Part shown: in pieces, positions 1 through 12,439 of the stretch
Numbering within the stretch: the first letter of the stretch is position 1
How the letters are laid out: every line of letters starts with the position of its first letter
The notes under the pieces: model-generated
Told to the model about the DNA's origin: nothing
What the model saw: only the letters and a program-made list of their open reading frames with translations
The model's database searches: none
DNA from: Octopus vulgaris
Lineage: Eukaryota
Direction of reading: 5' to 3'
DNA length: 64,000 bases
Assembly: GCA_951406725.2 (NCBI GenBank)
Contig: OX597835.1
Location: 8,060,001-8,124,000 of the forward strand
Made by a program: the position numbers and the translations under genes

Positions 1-19
1 GTGACATAGCAACGCTCAC

Positions 20-67
20 CTTATGACCTCAGCAAGGGCGGTGAAATCGAGGCTTTGCTGAGAAAAT
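20..67 (-). CDS. candidate 48-nt internal exon (xFSQQSLDFTALAEVIx), product unknown
   Basis: Minus strand has acceptor ttcgttcttatcag|, donor AAG|gtgagc and an open phase 2-2 frame. No homology recognised. Confidence 0.35.
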
Positions 68-129
68 CTGATAAGAACGAAACGCATTCACAGTTGTCTT
101 CCCTGGTTGCCGAAAAGTTTAAATTAATA

Positions 130-335
130 TAGCTTTCAAATTTTGGCACAAAGCCAAAAATTCAGTAGTAGAAGATAAGTAGATTACATCGACCCCAGTA
201 GTTAACTGGTACTAATCAACTGGGATTTAATTTCTCGACCCCGAAAGTATGAAAAGCAAATTGGCCTCGGCAGAATCTCTACTTAGAACGTAAAGCCTTT
301 TGTCGGGCATGCTATGATTCTGCCAGCCATTGCCC
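130..335 (-). mobile_element. SINE family A, degenerate copy with tail type 1
   Basis: Degenerate match to atcgaccccagt...actggtact...gaccccgaaag.atgaaa.gcaaa...cctcggc.gaat, seen in the other family A copies. Confidence 0.75.
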
Positions 336-660
336 TATATGATTAAATTAATAATTGACCGGGAACTAAAGGGTTCTCTCCATACAGCATTTATATTTAT
401 AATTAAAATTTGGATGATATGGATTAAATGGGTTCATCCCTAATTAGCTAATGATCTTCGTGCAGATGTCATTTTATGATTCTAAAGATGAGAAGACGAG
501 CAACATCGGAGAAAGAAAATCTGAAATCCACTGGAAATAAAGAGAATACAGAGAGAGCGAAGGGGATATGCTGTTTGACAGTGTAACAGAATATAGCGTG
601 TTCAAGGGAAGGGAAATTGTCTTCTTAATGACATGGAAGAGAGGGAGAGAAAGAGATAAG

Positions 661-806
661 TTTCTTTATTGGCCACACAGGGCTGCACACAGATGGGACA
701 AGTTACAAGGTAGAGCTTTTCTTTTGGGGGATGAAAAAAGCAAAAAACAAAAGAAACAAAAAAAAGGGGTGGCGTAGGTTTTCGATCAAGAGGGATCGTA
801 AAAGGG
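661..806 (-). mobile_element. putative LINE 3' UTR whose end resembles SINE-A tail type 2
   Basis: tttctttattggccacacagggctgcacacagatgggacaagttacaagg aligns with the SINE-A tail tttctttactacccacaaggggctaaacacagaggggacaaacaagg. AATAAA lies near the minus-strand 3' end. Confidence 0.5.
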
Positions 807-920
807 AAAAAAAGAACAAAAAGAATAAAATAAAAATAAAAAAATAAAAATTAAAAAAAAGAAGAAAAGGAAAAGGAACAAAAGAAAAGAGAAATGAAAA
901 AAGAAGAAAAAAGGGGAAGA

Positions 921-1031
<111 letters not shown>

Positions 1032-1367
1032 AGGGCGGGGTTACGTTTAGGTGAATTATATTTTCTGAAAAATATGTTAATAACCAATAACTACCAGAAT
1101 GTCGATCGTATTTAAGGAATAGAGGAGAGTGGCAGCAATTTAGCTGATATGAAAGATTTAATTAATGATGAAGGAAGTTTCTCTTTCCGACGGAGAATTG
1201 CCAATGTAACACCTGTTCATGAACATTTGATAAGGTGTGGCACCTTAATATATATTCGTTATTTCTTAGATGGACTGCGGCCCATGTTCAAACACCGTCT
1301 AAACCTTTGAGTTTTGGTTTAGTTGTCCAGATGGACCCTAAACGTTTAAACGTTTACCACATATACG

Positions 1368-1646
1368 CATCATCATCATCATTGTTCGACCGTGGTCGAG
1401 ACAATGGAATTTACCATGCTACGCCAGACTTCACGGTCCATCATGGCATTACGGAGGTCCTGTTGCTAGATGCCTGTATCCCTGGAGATTACATCAGGGT
1501 AGGAGAATGTGCGCCCTCTGGTATTGCGAGTAGATGGCTTCCAGAGGAGAAGAGTAGGAATTACCTCTTTTTCAGCTCTACAACAATGTCCAGCAAACTG
1601 GACTCTCTTACCTTTCACAAGAGATGGCACAGGTGGTAGTTTCCCA
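1368..1646 (-). mobile_element. RTE-type LINE 3' end, 5'-truncated, (TGA)n tail
   Basis: Translates KLPPVPSLVKGKRVQFAGHCCRAEKEVIPTLLLWKP..RGRTFSYPDVISRDTG, a typical RTE ORF C-terminus. Near-identical copy at 63381-63662. Confidence 0.85.
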
Positions 1647-2796
1647 ATCTCATGTAAAAGTCGACCCCCTATTTTTGGCCCAAAACTTAGGAGTTTTCCA
1701 GAGAACCTAGTATTAGTATAAACTGGCATAGGGTGTATTCCCAGTACCAGTTATATTTTGAGGGATTTAATTTTTCTTTCTTAGAAAGACTTTATGAAAT
1801 ATGCAAAATTCTTTCGATGTACATCAGCGGACGTAGAGAGGTGTTCTATATTCAAGATTCGATGGCTGTTTGCGTTAGCAACACCTTTTATTAAAGCGAA
1901 CATTAACGATAAAACCTCGTTATAATTTTCTGACTGATCTCCATAGATTTGTAACGATTTTTTTTTTTTAAAACAACAAATCACTACTTCTGAGACATGA
2001 TATTTCAACTCTGAAACGGATTTCCCTAATCAAAAACAGTAAATTCTATCAAAGACCGTGGAACCGTCGTTTACCACGTTGCTGCTTTAAGAGAACATGA
2101 AACACTAAAATCAACAACAACAGCAACAACAACAACAACAACAACAACAACATAAAACCACGAAATATCAACACATCATTCATTATTCCTGCTGTCATCA
2201 TAAACTCTTTCTCTCCATTCCTCCTTTTCTTTCTGTCACAAACTCTCTCCTCCTTTATCTCCTTAACAAATCAAATGCTGACAACACCACTACCGCCACC
2301 ACCATCATCACAACCACCACTACTACAATCATCATCATAATTATCATTGTCGTCGCCAGCACCAACACCAACATTATCACCGCCACATCTATTCTTACTC
2401 TGTCATCATCATCATCATCATCATCAGCATCATCATCACCATCATCACCATCAGTATTATCCTCACCAACTTCACACTAAAATTTCTTTCCTTACAACTA
2501 ATAATATCTTCCACACCACCACCACCACCACCACCACCACCACCACCAACACCATCTTGCCACCAACCAGCACGCAAGTCACGGTGACTTCTGCGACCAC
2601 GATCAACACTTCCCCTACTCAACCCTAATCGATGGTGTAAAAAGACTGACTAACCAGCAGAGAAAACTCCTTTTGGCACAGTTGCAATAATACTGACACG
2701 TTTGTAAATACGCTGTAGCATGGCCAATTCTGGTGAAGTGGTAGGCCAGGTAGGGTGCCAGACTGACATACATATTACAATATTTATGGACATCAA

Positions 2797-3000
2797 GGCA
2801 GCGAGCTGGCAGAATCATTAGCAAGCCAGGCGAAATGCTTAGTGGTATTTCGTCTGCCGCTACGTTCTGAGTTCAAATTCCGCCGAGGTCGACTTTGCCT
2901 TTCATTCTTTGGGGATCAATAAATTAAGTACTACTTGCGTACTGGGGACGATCTAATCGACTGGCCCTCTCCCCCAAAATTTCAGGCCTTCTACCTTTAC
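2797..3000 (+). mobile_element. SINE family A, tail type 1
   Basis: Head aggcagcgagctggcagaatc, B-box-like gagttcaaattcc, body gccgaggtcgactttgcctttcat, tail cccccaaaatttcaggcct. Confidence 0.9.
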
Positions 3001-3529
3001 CAAGGAAGACGGTAAACATATTCGTCAGTTACGCTTTGTCATTCGATCTCGGAATCGCACCTTCCGCTAAACAAACGCTCGCTCATACCTCACCACGATC
3101 GATACATCAGGAATTCCACTCTTTCCTCCCAGGCGTCAAGTAGATGTCTCGACTAAACACCAAACCGTATTGATTTTTGCAATCGAGGGAAAACCTACAG
3201 AGGTCATCGAAGTAGTATCTCTTCTCTTTCCAGTGATAATACAAAATCGAATTAATAACATCAAATAGTGTTTGGAAATTCAGCCGAGTAATGCGACAAT
3301 GATATAGAATAGTGATTACTGGACAGGGTATTGGCGTATATTGATCAATGAATATTGATTTATATTAATCTATCAAGGTGATTTGAAACGATCGATCTTG
3401 AAAAATACCTGGCGAACACTAAGTTTATAATCATGAAATATTTAGAATCGCACATTCTCTCATTTCTGTTAGAATTTGAGGGAAGATATTGCACAAGTAT
3501 ATGGAGATTATAAAATATATTACACTTAA

Positions 3530-4150
3530 GACGTGGTCAATAAGGAACTTATGATACTCATGTGTTGTCAGGTGAAGAGAATATTGCATTATCCTACGAC
3601 GAAAGAATATATAACACTATATATAGTCGCTAAGTAAATTATTACAAAAAGATACGGCACTATTATGTTGGTTATTAGGGAACCTATGATACTGATATTT
3701 CGTTTTTGGATTTGGTTTGCAAGATTCTTTATATGAGTTCGTGTGTTGAAGCCTATTTTGTTGTGTCTGGGGAGAGTCATTCTCTTTTAGTGCCTTATTA
3801 TTTAACACACTCACCGGTAAAATTTCCACTTATTTCTTATTTTTCTAAAATTTTCGTTGCATCTTGTAATAGTCCGAACGGACAGAATCAAGACTATTGA
3901 AAAGGTTGCAAGACGCAACGAAAATTTTAGAAAATAAAAATAAGAAATAAGTGGAAATTTGTGAGTGTGTTAAATAATAAGGCACTAAAAGAGAATGACT
4001 CTCCCCAGACACAACAGAATATGATACTGATATTTGGCCGTTAAGGAGATTATGATACTAATACGGGGTCACTAAGCAACTTATTACACTAATATGTCGT
4101 CACGAAGAAAGAAATTACACTAATGTATTGTCACTAAGGAAGATATATGA
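3530..4150. repeat. degenerate ~31-bp minisatellite interrupted by a fold-back element
   Basis: Recurring units resembling gtcactaaggaacttatgatactaatatgtc on both sides of 3701-4019. Confidence 0.6.
3701..4019. mobile_element. fold-back element (arms ~3754-3869 / 3906-4021) with degenerate hammerhead-like core; Penelope-like terminus
   Basis: Near-perfect ~115-bp inverted arms. 16-bp flanking direct repeat tatgatactgatattt at 3685-3700 and 4020-4035. Core cta-TTGAAAA-g-gttgc/gcaac-GAAAATTT-tag at 3894-3930. Confidence 0.7.
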
Positions 4151-5641
4151 AATGTCGATGATTATGCAGTCTCTAACTGGAGTCCCGAATAAGTTGGAAC
4201 GTTGGTTTACTACAATCTTTTAGCCTTTATAGTTTGCTTGTTTCAGTAATTAGACTACGGCCATGTTGCAGCACCACCTTGCAAGATTATAGTTGAACGA
4301 ATCGACCCCAGAACTTGAAATCGGAACAAGATGTCTGATAAATAGTTGTTTTATTCGAGGAGTAATTAATGACAATAAGCAAGAATAATGATCCAGACCT
4401 AGAATAAAACGAGTGGAAATATCTAAAACAATATAGAAAGAGCAGAAGGCGGAGGAGGAAGCGGAGGAGGAGGAGGAGGTGGAGGTGGAGAAGGAAGAGG
4501 AGAAAGAAGAAAATTGCTTTTTCCATTTGTGTTCGACATATGGAAGGTTTCTCTCGTCTGTTTATTTGCAAGAATTAATTCGATAAAAGTCTTCTTTCGC
4601 AATTTTTGATATTTTAGCTAAATTATTATTACATCAGCAACAAGAGAAAAAAAAAACCTACTATCACCATCACCACCACCACCACCACCACCACCACCAC
4701 CACTACCACCACCACCATCAACAACATGAACAGAACGTCAACGAAAGAATGGAAGAAGCTAAATGGAAGGTTAAAGGAGACTTATTAGTAATAACAAAAA
4801 GAAAAGCAGAAAATAGGACAATTACTCTATAAAATATGAGGAAAATGACAAAAACGGTAACGAAGTTAAACTAAAAGACAAAAAAAAAACAAGAATTGAT
4901 TAATCGATCGCTTAGATATTGATAGGGTTTTGTTTTATATTGTTTAGAAAATGGTTTTAATAATCTGATAAAGCTGCATAACCCTAAACTGTTCTCTGTC
5001 TGTCTGTCTGTCTGCCTGTCTGTCTGTCTGTCTGCCTGTTTGCCTGTCTGACTGTCTGTCTCTCTCTCTCACACACAAGCACATACACACACACACATGC
5101 AACAACACATACACACACACGCAATCATTCTCACTGTCTGGCTATCTTTACTCCCTCATGTTTTAATTCTTCCTCGCCTTCCCTCTCTGACACTCTCTTC
5201 TGCTCAATCCAAACTCCCTGTATTTAATAATATACCTTCCTCTGAAACCAGCATCCTAAACAGCAATTAAAAAGGTTTCTCCCCAACCACAAATGATACC
5301 AAACTATAAACTCGGCTGCGAGAAATCTTCAGTGGCCTTCCGAACGACCCTCTTCCATTCCTAAACAAAACACTCTCCAGTCGGTTTCGGTTCATAAGGG
5401 ATTAGCGAAACATAGTTTCTTATTTGGAAATTTCCACATTAACAACATCAAAAATAGAAAACTAGGAAGCCTGTATGCACAAAAGAGCAGCCAAGTAACC
5501 CACAAATCACGCCTTTCGATGGACACAGTTTAAGGAAAACATGGACAGCTCAGAAAGGTTGGGTGGTTATGGCAAGAATACCTTTCATTAACTTTGTTCT
5601 GTTGCATCGGGTTTGACCAACACCACCACCACCACCACCAG

Positions 5642-6055
5642 TGGAGGCGCAATGGCCCAATGGCTAGGGCAGCGGACTCGCGGTCGGAGGATCGCGGTTT
5701 CGATTTCCAGACCGGGCGCTGAGTGTGTTTATTAAGCGAAAAATACCTAAAGATCCACGAGGCTCCGGCAGGGCGTTGTGGCGACCCCTGTTGTGCTCTT
5801 TCGCCCCAACTTTCTCTCACTCTTTCTTCCTGTTTCTTGTCCCCGTCTTCCTACACGACCGCTGAACCTGGATGCGCATTCATACATCCGTCGATGCTCT
5901 CGGTGTCGGGGGTTTGACCTGCTTTCTCTTCTGCGGGTCTTACGAATAGCAAAGGACCACGTTTCGGACTTCTCCCATCTTGCGAGCACTGGGACGAAGA
6001 CCGTTCGTTCAACAACAACAACGACAACAACCACCACCACCACCAACAACAACAT
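5642..6055 (+). mobile_element. SINE family B head (tRNA-Arg-like) with alternative 3' body and (CAA)n tail
   Basis: The head ggaggcgcaatggccc..gggcagcggactcgcggtc..ggtttcgatttcc matches family B up to ~5837, after which the sequence is unrelated. Confidence 0.8.
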
Positions 6056-6379
6056 ATAAAACGAGCCACTAAGGAAGTCCCTCTCTATATAGGTCTGTGT
6101 GTTTGTGTATTTGTATATCTCGGTGCGTGCGTGTGTGTGTATGTGTGCCGTGCGTTGTGTGCACGTGTGCGTGTGTGCGTGTGTTGTCCTGTTTACAGCA
6201 CCGCGTTCTTCTGTTTTCTCCATTTTCGTTCATGGAAGATTTATGTTGCGTAGAGACGAGTCGTATTGTCAGGTGCTTATGGTTAGTTTGTGTGATTATA
6301 TCGGAGCGTATAGCCTCGCTCTACCCCTTCCTCTCTCCTTCCTCTCTATACATCTCTCTCTCTCTCTATCCGATCTATT

Positions 6380-6451
<72 letters not shown>

Positions 6452-6533
6452 CATGGCTGTAGCTCTGAGCTGAAGCTAGAAAAAAAATATATATCTATAG
6501 ATTATATATATATATATATGTATATATATATAA

Positions 6534-6568
<35 letters not shown>

Positions 6569-6628
6569 AATTATATATATATCTATATGTATATATATAT
6601 ATATAAATTATATATATATATGTATATA

Positions 6629-6695
<67 letters not shown>

Positions 6696-6697
6696 GA
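6380..6697. repeat. (TA)n microsatellite cluster
   Basis: Direct reading. Confidence 0.97.
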
Positions 6698-6857
6698 ATT
6701 GTAGCAGATAGAGATGATGTGGCACTAATTAGGTGAAACCTCTGGTATATATTTCTTTTCCTTTTTAGCGTATAAAACGTTGTGAACGTAGGTGGATCAA
6801 ACAACGAAGTTGAAAGAAACGGAATACTCAGGTGTATATAAACATTTACGACCAGCC

Positions 6858-7096
6858 ATACACACACACGTACATACATACATTAATGCGTGTACACACA
6901 CACACACACACACAAACACAAACACACGCACGCACGCACATATATACACATGGTCTTATGTGAGTTTATTTCTGCTTACATACACATGTATACAAATACA
7001 TACGCGTATGTAGAATTCTGTAAGTGTGCGTGGATATATATATATATATGTATATATACATACATATTTATATATATGTATATATATATATATGTA

Positions 7097-7141
<45 letters not shown>

Positions 7142-7222
7142 GTGTGTATATATGTATGTATGTATGTATGTATATATATGTATGTATCTATATTTATGCA
7201 TATGTGGATGGATGTATATGTA
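6858..7222. repeat. (CA)n/(TA)n/(TATG)n compound microsatellite
   Basis: Direct reading. Confidence 0.95.
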
Positions 7223-7741
7223 TTTAAAGAGATACGTAACTGTGTATGAGTATGAACGTGCACACACGTAATCGATTAAAAAATCCGGTGTAAAATCGAC
7301 TCTTACATGCCAACACTTTCGTTTCTGCTATACCATCAACACCGCATCATCAATATTTGTTTTATCACCCTCTTCCATCAATACCATTACTGCTATGGCT
7401 CACCATCATTGTGTAACCATTATCATTATTACATCTAATGCTGCCCCATTAACGTCTGCAGTTGAAACACATGTCAACGCACACATACTCACATACACAC
7501 AGCCACACACATCTGCGGACACGCAGATAGTCACACATTAATGTATAATAATGCTATTTAGTTTACAAGTAGGTAATCGAATTTTCCTGTTAGAGATCGA
7601 GACCAGGTAGAAAGGTGAAGTGAGGTGGAATCCAACAATGGTTAAACAAAACTAGACAGCTCAATACATCTGCAATTTATATCCATCAAGAATCGTCTTC
7701 TAAGGAAACTGTGTATATTTAAAAATTTCTAAATATACATA

Positions 7742-8124
7742 GGAGTACTCCGTCGGTTGCGACGATGAGGGTCCCAGCTAATACGATCAATAGAACAGCT
7801 TGCTCGTGATATTAACGTGTAAGTGGCTGAGCACTCCACAGACACGTGTAACCCTTAACGTAGTTCTCGAGGAGATTCAGCGTGACACAGAGCGTGACAA
7901 GGCTGGCCCTTTGAAATACAAGGTACAACAGAAACAGGAAGTAAGAGTGAGAGAAAGTTGTGGTGAAAGAGTACAGCAGGGTTCACCACCACTCCCTACC
8001 GGAGCATCGTGGAGCTTTAGGTGTTTTCGCTCAATAAACACTCACAATGCCCAGTCTGGGAATCGAAACCGCGACCCTCCGACCGCGAGTCCGCTGCCCT
8101 AACCACTGGGCCATTGCGCCTCCA
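7742..8124 (-). mobile_element. SINE family B, full length
   Basis: Matches 12620-13005 and 15198-15580. 11-bp TSD ctaaatataca at 7729-7739 and 8127-8137. Confidence 0.92.
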
Positions 8125-8287
8125 ACCTAAATATACAACGACATCAAGCTTAGTTTCTATTCTGATTTTATGGTAAAATATTTTGAAGTTTAAGTTTAGG
8201 GAGAGAGAAATACTGTTTTGTCATAAACAATTGGTTGTATGGAACGACTGAGAATTTGGAGAGAGATTTAATTTGTTTGTAACGATA

Positions 8288-8700
8288 TATTTCTTTACTA
8301 CCCACAAGGGGCTAAACAGAGGGGACAAACAAGGACAGACGAAGGGATTAAGTCGATTACATCAACCCCAGTGCGTAACTGGTACTTTATTTATCGACCC
8401 CGAAAGGATGAAGGGCAAAGTCGACCTCGGCGGAATTTGAACTCGGAACGTAACGACAGATGAAATGCCTATTTATTTACTACCCACAAGAGGCTAAACA
8501 CAAAGAAGACAAACGAGGGTAGACAAACGGATTAAGTCGATTACATCGAAACCAGAGCGTAACTGGTACTTCATTTATCGACCCCGAAAGGATGAAAGGC
8601 AAAGTCGACCTCGGCGGAATTTGAACTCGGAACTTACCGACAGACGAAATACGGTTACGCATTTCGCCCGGCGTGCTAACGTTTTTGCCAGCTCACCGCC
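8288..8700 (-). mobile_element. SINE family A head-to-tail dimer (tail type 2)
   Basis: Two ~180-bp units joined at ~8461-8474. A single 18-bp TSD aatttgtttgtaacgata (8270-8287, 8701-8718) flanks the whole dimer. Confidence 0.92.
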
Positions 8701-9109
8701 AATTTGTTTGTAACGATAGAGACTGAGAAAGCGAGAAGAAATCGAGAAGGCAAGAAAAGCTAAAGGAAGAAGAGATATACTGAACTGGAAATGTTGATCA
8801 TTTAAGTATTTTACTTTATAATAGTGGCTCTACTAAATAAATTTTCGTGGATTTACTTCCATGTGGAATCATGATGAAAATATACATCTTGTTCCTGATT
8901 CGGTGTGCGTGTGTGTGTGTGTGGTGTTATTGAAGCAACGGTAAATAATTTTTTCTCCAGACTATAGTGAGGAATTCGACTATTCAATCGAGTCTAAATT
9001 GGAACGGAATATGCCCCACTGGGCTACTCCTGCACAGTATTTGAATTTCTGTCACCTCAATACATGTTAGTTGGAAAATGGCTAAATTCTAAATTGTACG
9101 ATGTCGGAG

Positions 9110-9809
9110 TATTTGCAGTAAGCGTGCCGAATTCCTGCAGTCTGAGTTCTAATCTGATCGCGATCAACTTTGCCTTTTATTCTTTCGGTGTCAATAAAAA
9201 AATATATATCGACTTAGGAAACTGGATTGGTGGAACTGTAAAAATGTCCGCCTGGATGCATTGCGGCCACGCTATCAAATACACTTCGAGTCTCGTCGAG
9301 TTTCGGGTAAATCTCGTTCTTGTCCAGTTTCTCAAGAGATTCAGCCCTCAACGATGTTTAACGGATAAATGCAAAAACTCGCCGACGATAAATGGACGTT
9401 TTATTTTATTATATTTTAGCCAAGAGGGACGACTGAGGGCAGTGACTTACAGAACATCCGAGAGTGGTGGAAGGGAGCAGCTATCCTTAATTCGTAGACT
9501 TGGAAAGAATGTTTGCTACGGAGTTGCCACCACTAATCGTACTCATGGTACCAGTGTTAAACTGCATGACAGATTAACTCTATCGCCCGTGTAAGTCACG
9601 GATGTTGGGGGTGGGGGGAGATATGAACTGAAACACAAAACGCTGGAAGAAGCATCGCAAGGCATCCAGGCGAATATTTTTACTCTTCCACCAATCCAGT
9701 ATCCTAAGTCGATATATTTTTTTATTGACACCGAAAGAATAAAAGGCAAAGTTGGTCTCGATCGGATTAGAACTCAGCTTGCAGAAATTCGGCACGCTTA
9801 CTGCAAATA
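9110..9809. repeat. ~155-bp inverted repeat (9110-9265 / 9656-9809) around a ~390-bp spacer
   Basis: tatttgcagtaagcgtgccgaatt...cctggatgc is the reverse complement of gcatccagg...aattcggcacgcttactgcaaata with scattered mismatches. The arms contain degenerate SINE-A sequence plus unique sequence. Confidence 0.85.
9420..9590 (+). CDS. candidate 171-nt exon (QEGRLRAVTYRTSESGGREQLSLIRRLGKNVCYGVATTNRTHGTSVKLHDRLTLSP), product unknown
   Basis: Acceptor ttttattttattatattttag|, donor |gtaagt, one open frame, length a multiple of 3. Confidence 0.3.
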
Positions 9810-10689
9810 GTGCAAATGCTTTTTGCCCGACATTGCGGCCAGACTTCCAGTTCCTTTTCTCATCAATGGAACCAGAGCTAAACATTTTGTATTACATTAG
9901 TTAGACATGCAACACAGCTGTGTTCTTTGCTTTTAGCCTAACATTAGTCGTGTATCAAAGTAGCATCAGATAAGTTTTGATTCGCTTTTCCTTTGCTAAA
10001 AGTTCTTCTGTGATCGGAAACCTCTTCTTCACAGCAACAACTAACCTTATTTCATAACTTTACATTTGATATTTGTTTCACTGTTTCAACATTCGATATT
10101 CCTTTCTGCGTTTCGATATAAAACTTCAAGTCTTATATTTCGTATTTTCTTTTCATTTAATTCTTTTTATTCTTTTCTCCTCATTTCCCATTTCAAACGC
10201 TGCCTGCCTCGTTTGGTTCCCTCAAGATCCATAGGTTTAGTCATTGACCTTTTTATACAAATATCTAATCAATAATCAATACACGACCAGAATGACCTTT
10301 GCCATTACCAGCATCGTCAATGGCCGGTTGCTTCTTATCGAAGTGATCAAAGCAAATCATTTTTTAAATGCCAAGATGAATATTAAACTGGAAGGTCATC
10401 GATTATAGATTTGAAGATACAAAAGCATCATCATCATCATCATCATCATCAACAACAAAGCCGAGAACAGCAACAGCGGTGCAGTAGAAAGAACAAGGAA
10501 AGTTTCACTAAACAAAATCTCAGTCATTCTGTTCAGTACTTTACTACTTTTAAACCGGCATAACTCTTATAAAGCGGCACACATATGTCCTACGACGCGA
10601 TCGACTATTAATATAAACAATCTTAGCAACTTCTACGTAACCAACAACAATTCGAAACAAAAGTAAATGGAGGGAATCTCGGTAGTGAA

Positions 10690-11243
10690 TACATGGGACT
10701 TGCTACTATTAAGGGACACTGTTCTGTTTTGAGTAGAGAAGAAAAGGAACAATAGAGTAAGGAAGAAGAGGTGGCTAGAAATATTCGAAAAGTCTGTGGA
10801 ACGATCGGGGAATTCCGGAACAAAAGGAAGAACAACAAAAGTACAGAACTCTGGTTTGTGGCTGACGAGTTGAAACCGGAAGCAAGAAAGCGATTCACTA
10901 ATTATAACCACTTGGAATCAAGCCATTAGAAGGAATTTGATAAAAGCAAAGATTAAGAAAATTCTGTCAGAGAGTAAAAGCGGTATCTGTGGGAGAGTGA
11001 TGAAAGGATTAACTAACTCTAAAGTGAACGCTGTAAGCTAGCATAAAAAAAAAAAAAAAAAGTACATAGGCGCAGGAGTGGCTGTGTGGTAAGTAGCTTG
11101 CTAACCAACCACATGGTTCCGGGTTCAGTCCCACTGTGTGGCATCTTGGGCAAGTGTCTTCTGCTATAGCCCCGGGCCGACCAATGCCTTGTGAGTGGAT
11201 TTGGTAGACGGAAACTGAAAGAAGCCTGTCGTATATATGTATG

Positions 11244-11274
<31 letters not shown>

Positions 11275-12000
11275 TTGTGTGTCTGTGTTTGTCCCCCTAG
11301 CATTGCTTGACAACCGATGCTGGTGTGTTTACGTCCCCGTCACTTACCGGTTCGGCAAAAGAGACCGATAGAATAAGTACTGGGCTTACAAAGAATAAGT
11401 CCCGGGGTCGATTTGCTCGACTAAAGGTGGTGCTCCAGCATGGCCGCAGTCAAATGACTGAAACAAGTAAAAGAGTAAAAGAGTAAAACAGTACAAGCGC
11501 AGGCAGGGCTGTATAAGTAAAGTGGTATGTTAGACGAATATAAAAATTAAAGGCAGCTGAAAAGCGATACGAACACGAGCCAGAAGCTACAATGGAGAAT
11601 AAGAATAGAAATAGTTTAAGGGATTTCCCTGTAAAGAATGATCAAATTACTGAAGCAAGAAGACCAGATTCTAGAGAAGAAAAACAAAACAAACAATGTA
11701 AGGCGATAGACTTTGGAATAACAAGGATAATGGAGTGAATGCCAAAGAAATAGCAGGACCTAACCAAAGGGGCGGAAGACTAATATGACAAAAGGGGTGA
11801 ATGGTACTTTTCGTGCAAAATCTAGACAACTACCTAGCAAGCGGAAGGTTATTGGGATTAAAACTCACACTGTCGACATACAGAAATATACCATTCCAAA
11901 TTTTAAAGAATCTTAAGAAAAATTTTCCAGATTTTGAGGAGACTCGATCTTACCAAGCTTTAAGAGAACATCTCTACTATATTAAACAGCGTGTAATACA
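10690..12000 (+). mobile_element. R4/Dong-type (restriction-like endonuclease) LINE remnant, split by a SINE C insertion
   Basis: Frameshifted translation SLIITTWNQAIRRNLIKAKI..SESKSGICG (zinc-knuckle region), then KQYKRR..RYEHEPEATMENKN..RDFPVKNDQITEARRPD. Ends in (AAG)n(AAC)n. Confidence 0.75.
11069..11486 (+). mobile_element. SINE family C, full length, with internal (TA)(TG) microsatellite
   Basis: Head ggcgcaggagtggctgtgtggtaagtagc..gggttcagtccc, tail gtgctccagcatggccgcagtcaaatgactgaaacaagt(aaaagagt)n. Probable TSD aaaagtaca/aaacagtaca. Confidence 0.93.
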
Positions 12001-12002
12001 CT

Positions 12003-12003
<1 letters not shown>

Positions 12004-12033
<30 letters not shown>

Positions 12034-12071
12034 AAGAAGAAGAAGAAGAAGAAGAAGAAGAAGAAGAAGAA

Positions 12072-12109
<38 letters not shown>

Positions 12110-12130
12110 AGAGCAACAACAATAATAATT
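12004..12130. repeat. (AAG)n(AAC)n microsatellite
   Basis: Direct reading. Confidence 0.97.
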
Positions 12131-12349
12131 TCAATGGCTTCAAAATTTGACACAAGGCCAGGAATTTCTTGGGATGTGCGTAAGTCAATTACATCAATCC
12201 TAGTGTTCAATGGTACTTAATTTATCGACTCTGAAAGGATGAAAAGCAAAGTCGATCACGGCGGAATTTGAACTCAGAACGTAGCGACAGACGAAATACC
12301 GCTAAGCATTTGGCCCGGCATCCCAACGATTCTACCAGCTCGCCACCTT
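12130..12349 (-). mobile_element. SINE family A, tail type 1
   Basis: Match to the family A body and head (ccagctcgccacct). Confidence 0.88.
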
Positions 12350-12439
12350 AATATAATAATAATAATAAACACTGATTTATTGCCCACAGTTTCCGTATTT
12401 CCTCCTTCCATTCATCATAGTTATTTAGTTCTTCTTCTT

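Noticed and set aside
1652-1700. Possible pogo/Tc2-like terminal sequence (tgtaaaagtcgacccccta)
   Set aside because: Too short, and no partner TIR or TA duplication was found.
6097-7271. Many YI/CV/HT-repeat ORFs here and throughout the window
   Set aside because: Dinucleotide microsatellites lack stop codons; they are not genes.
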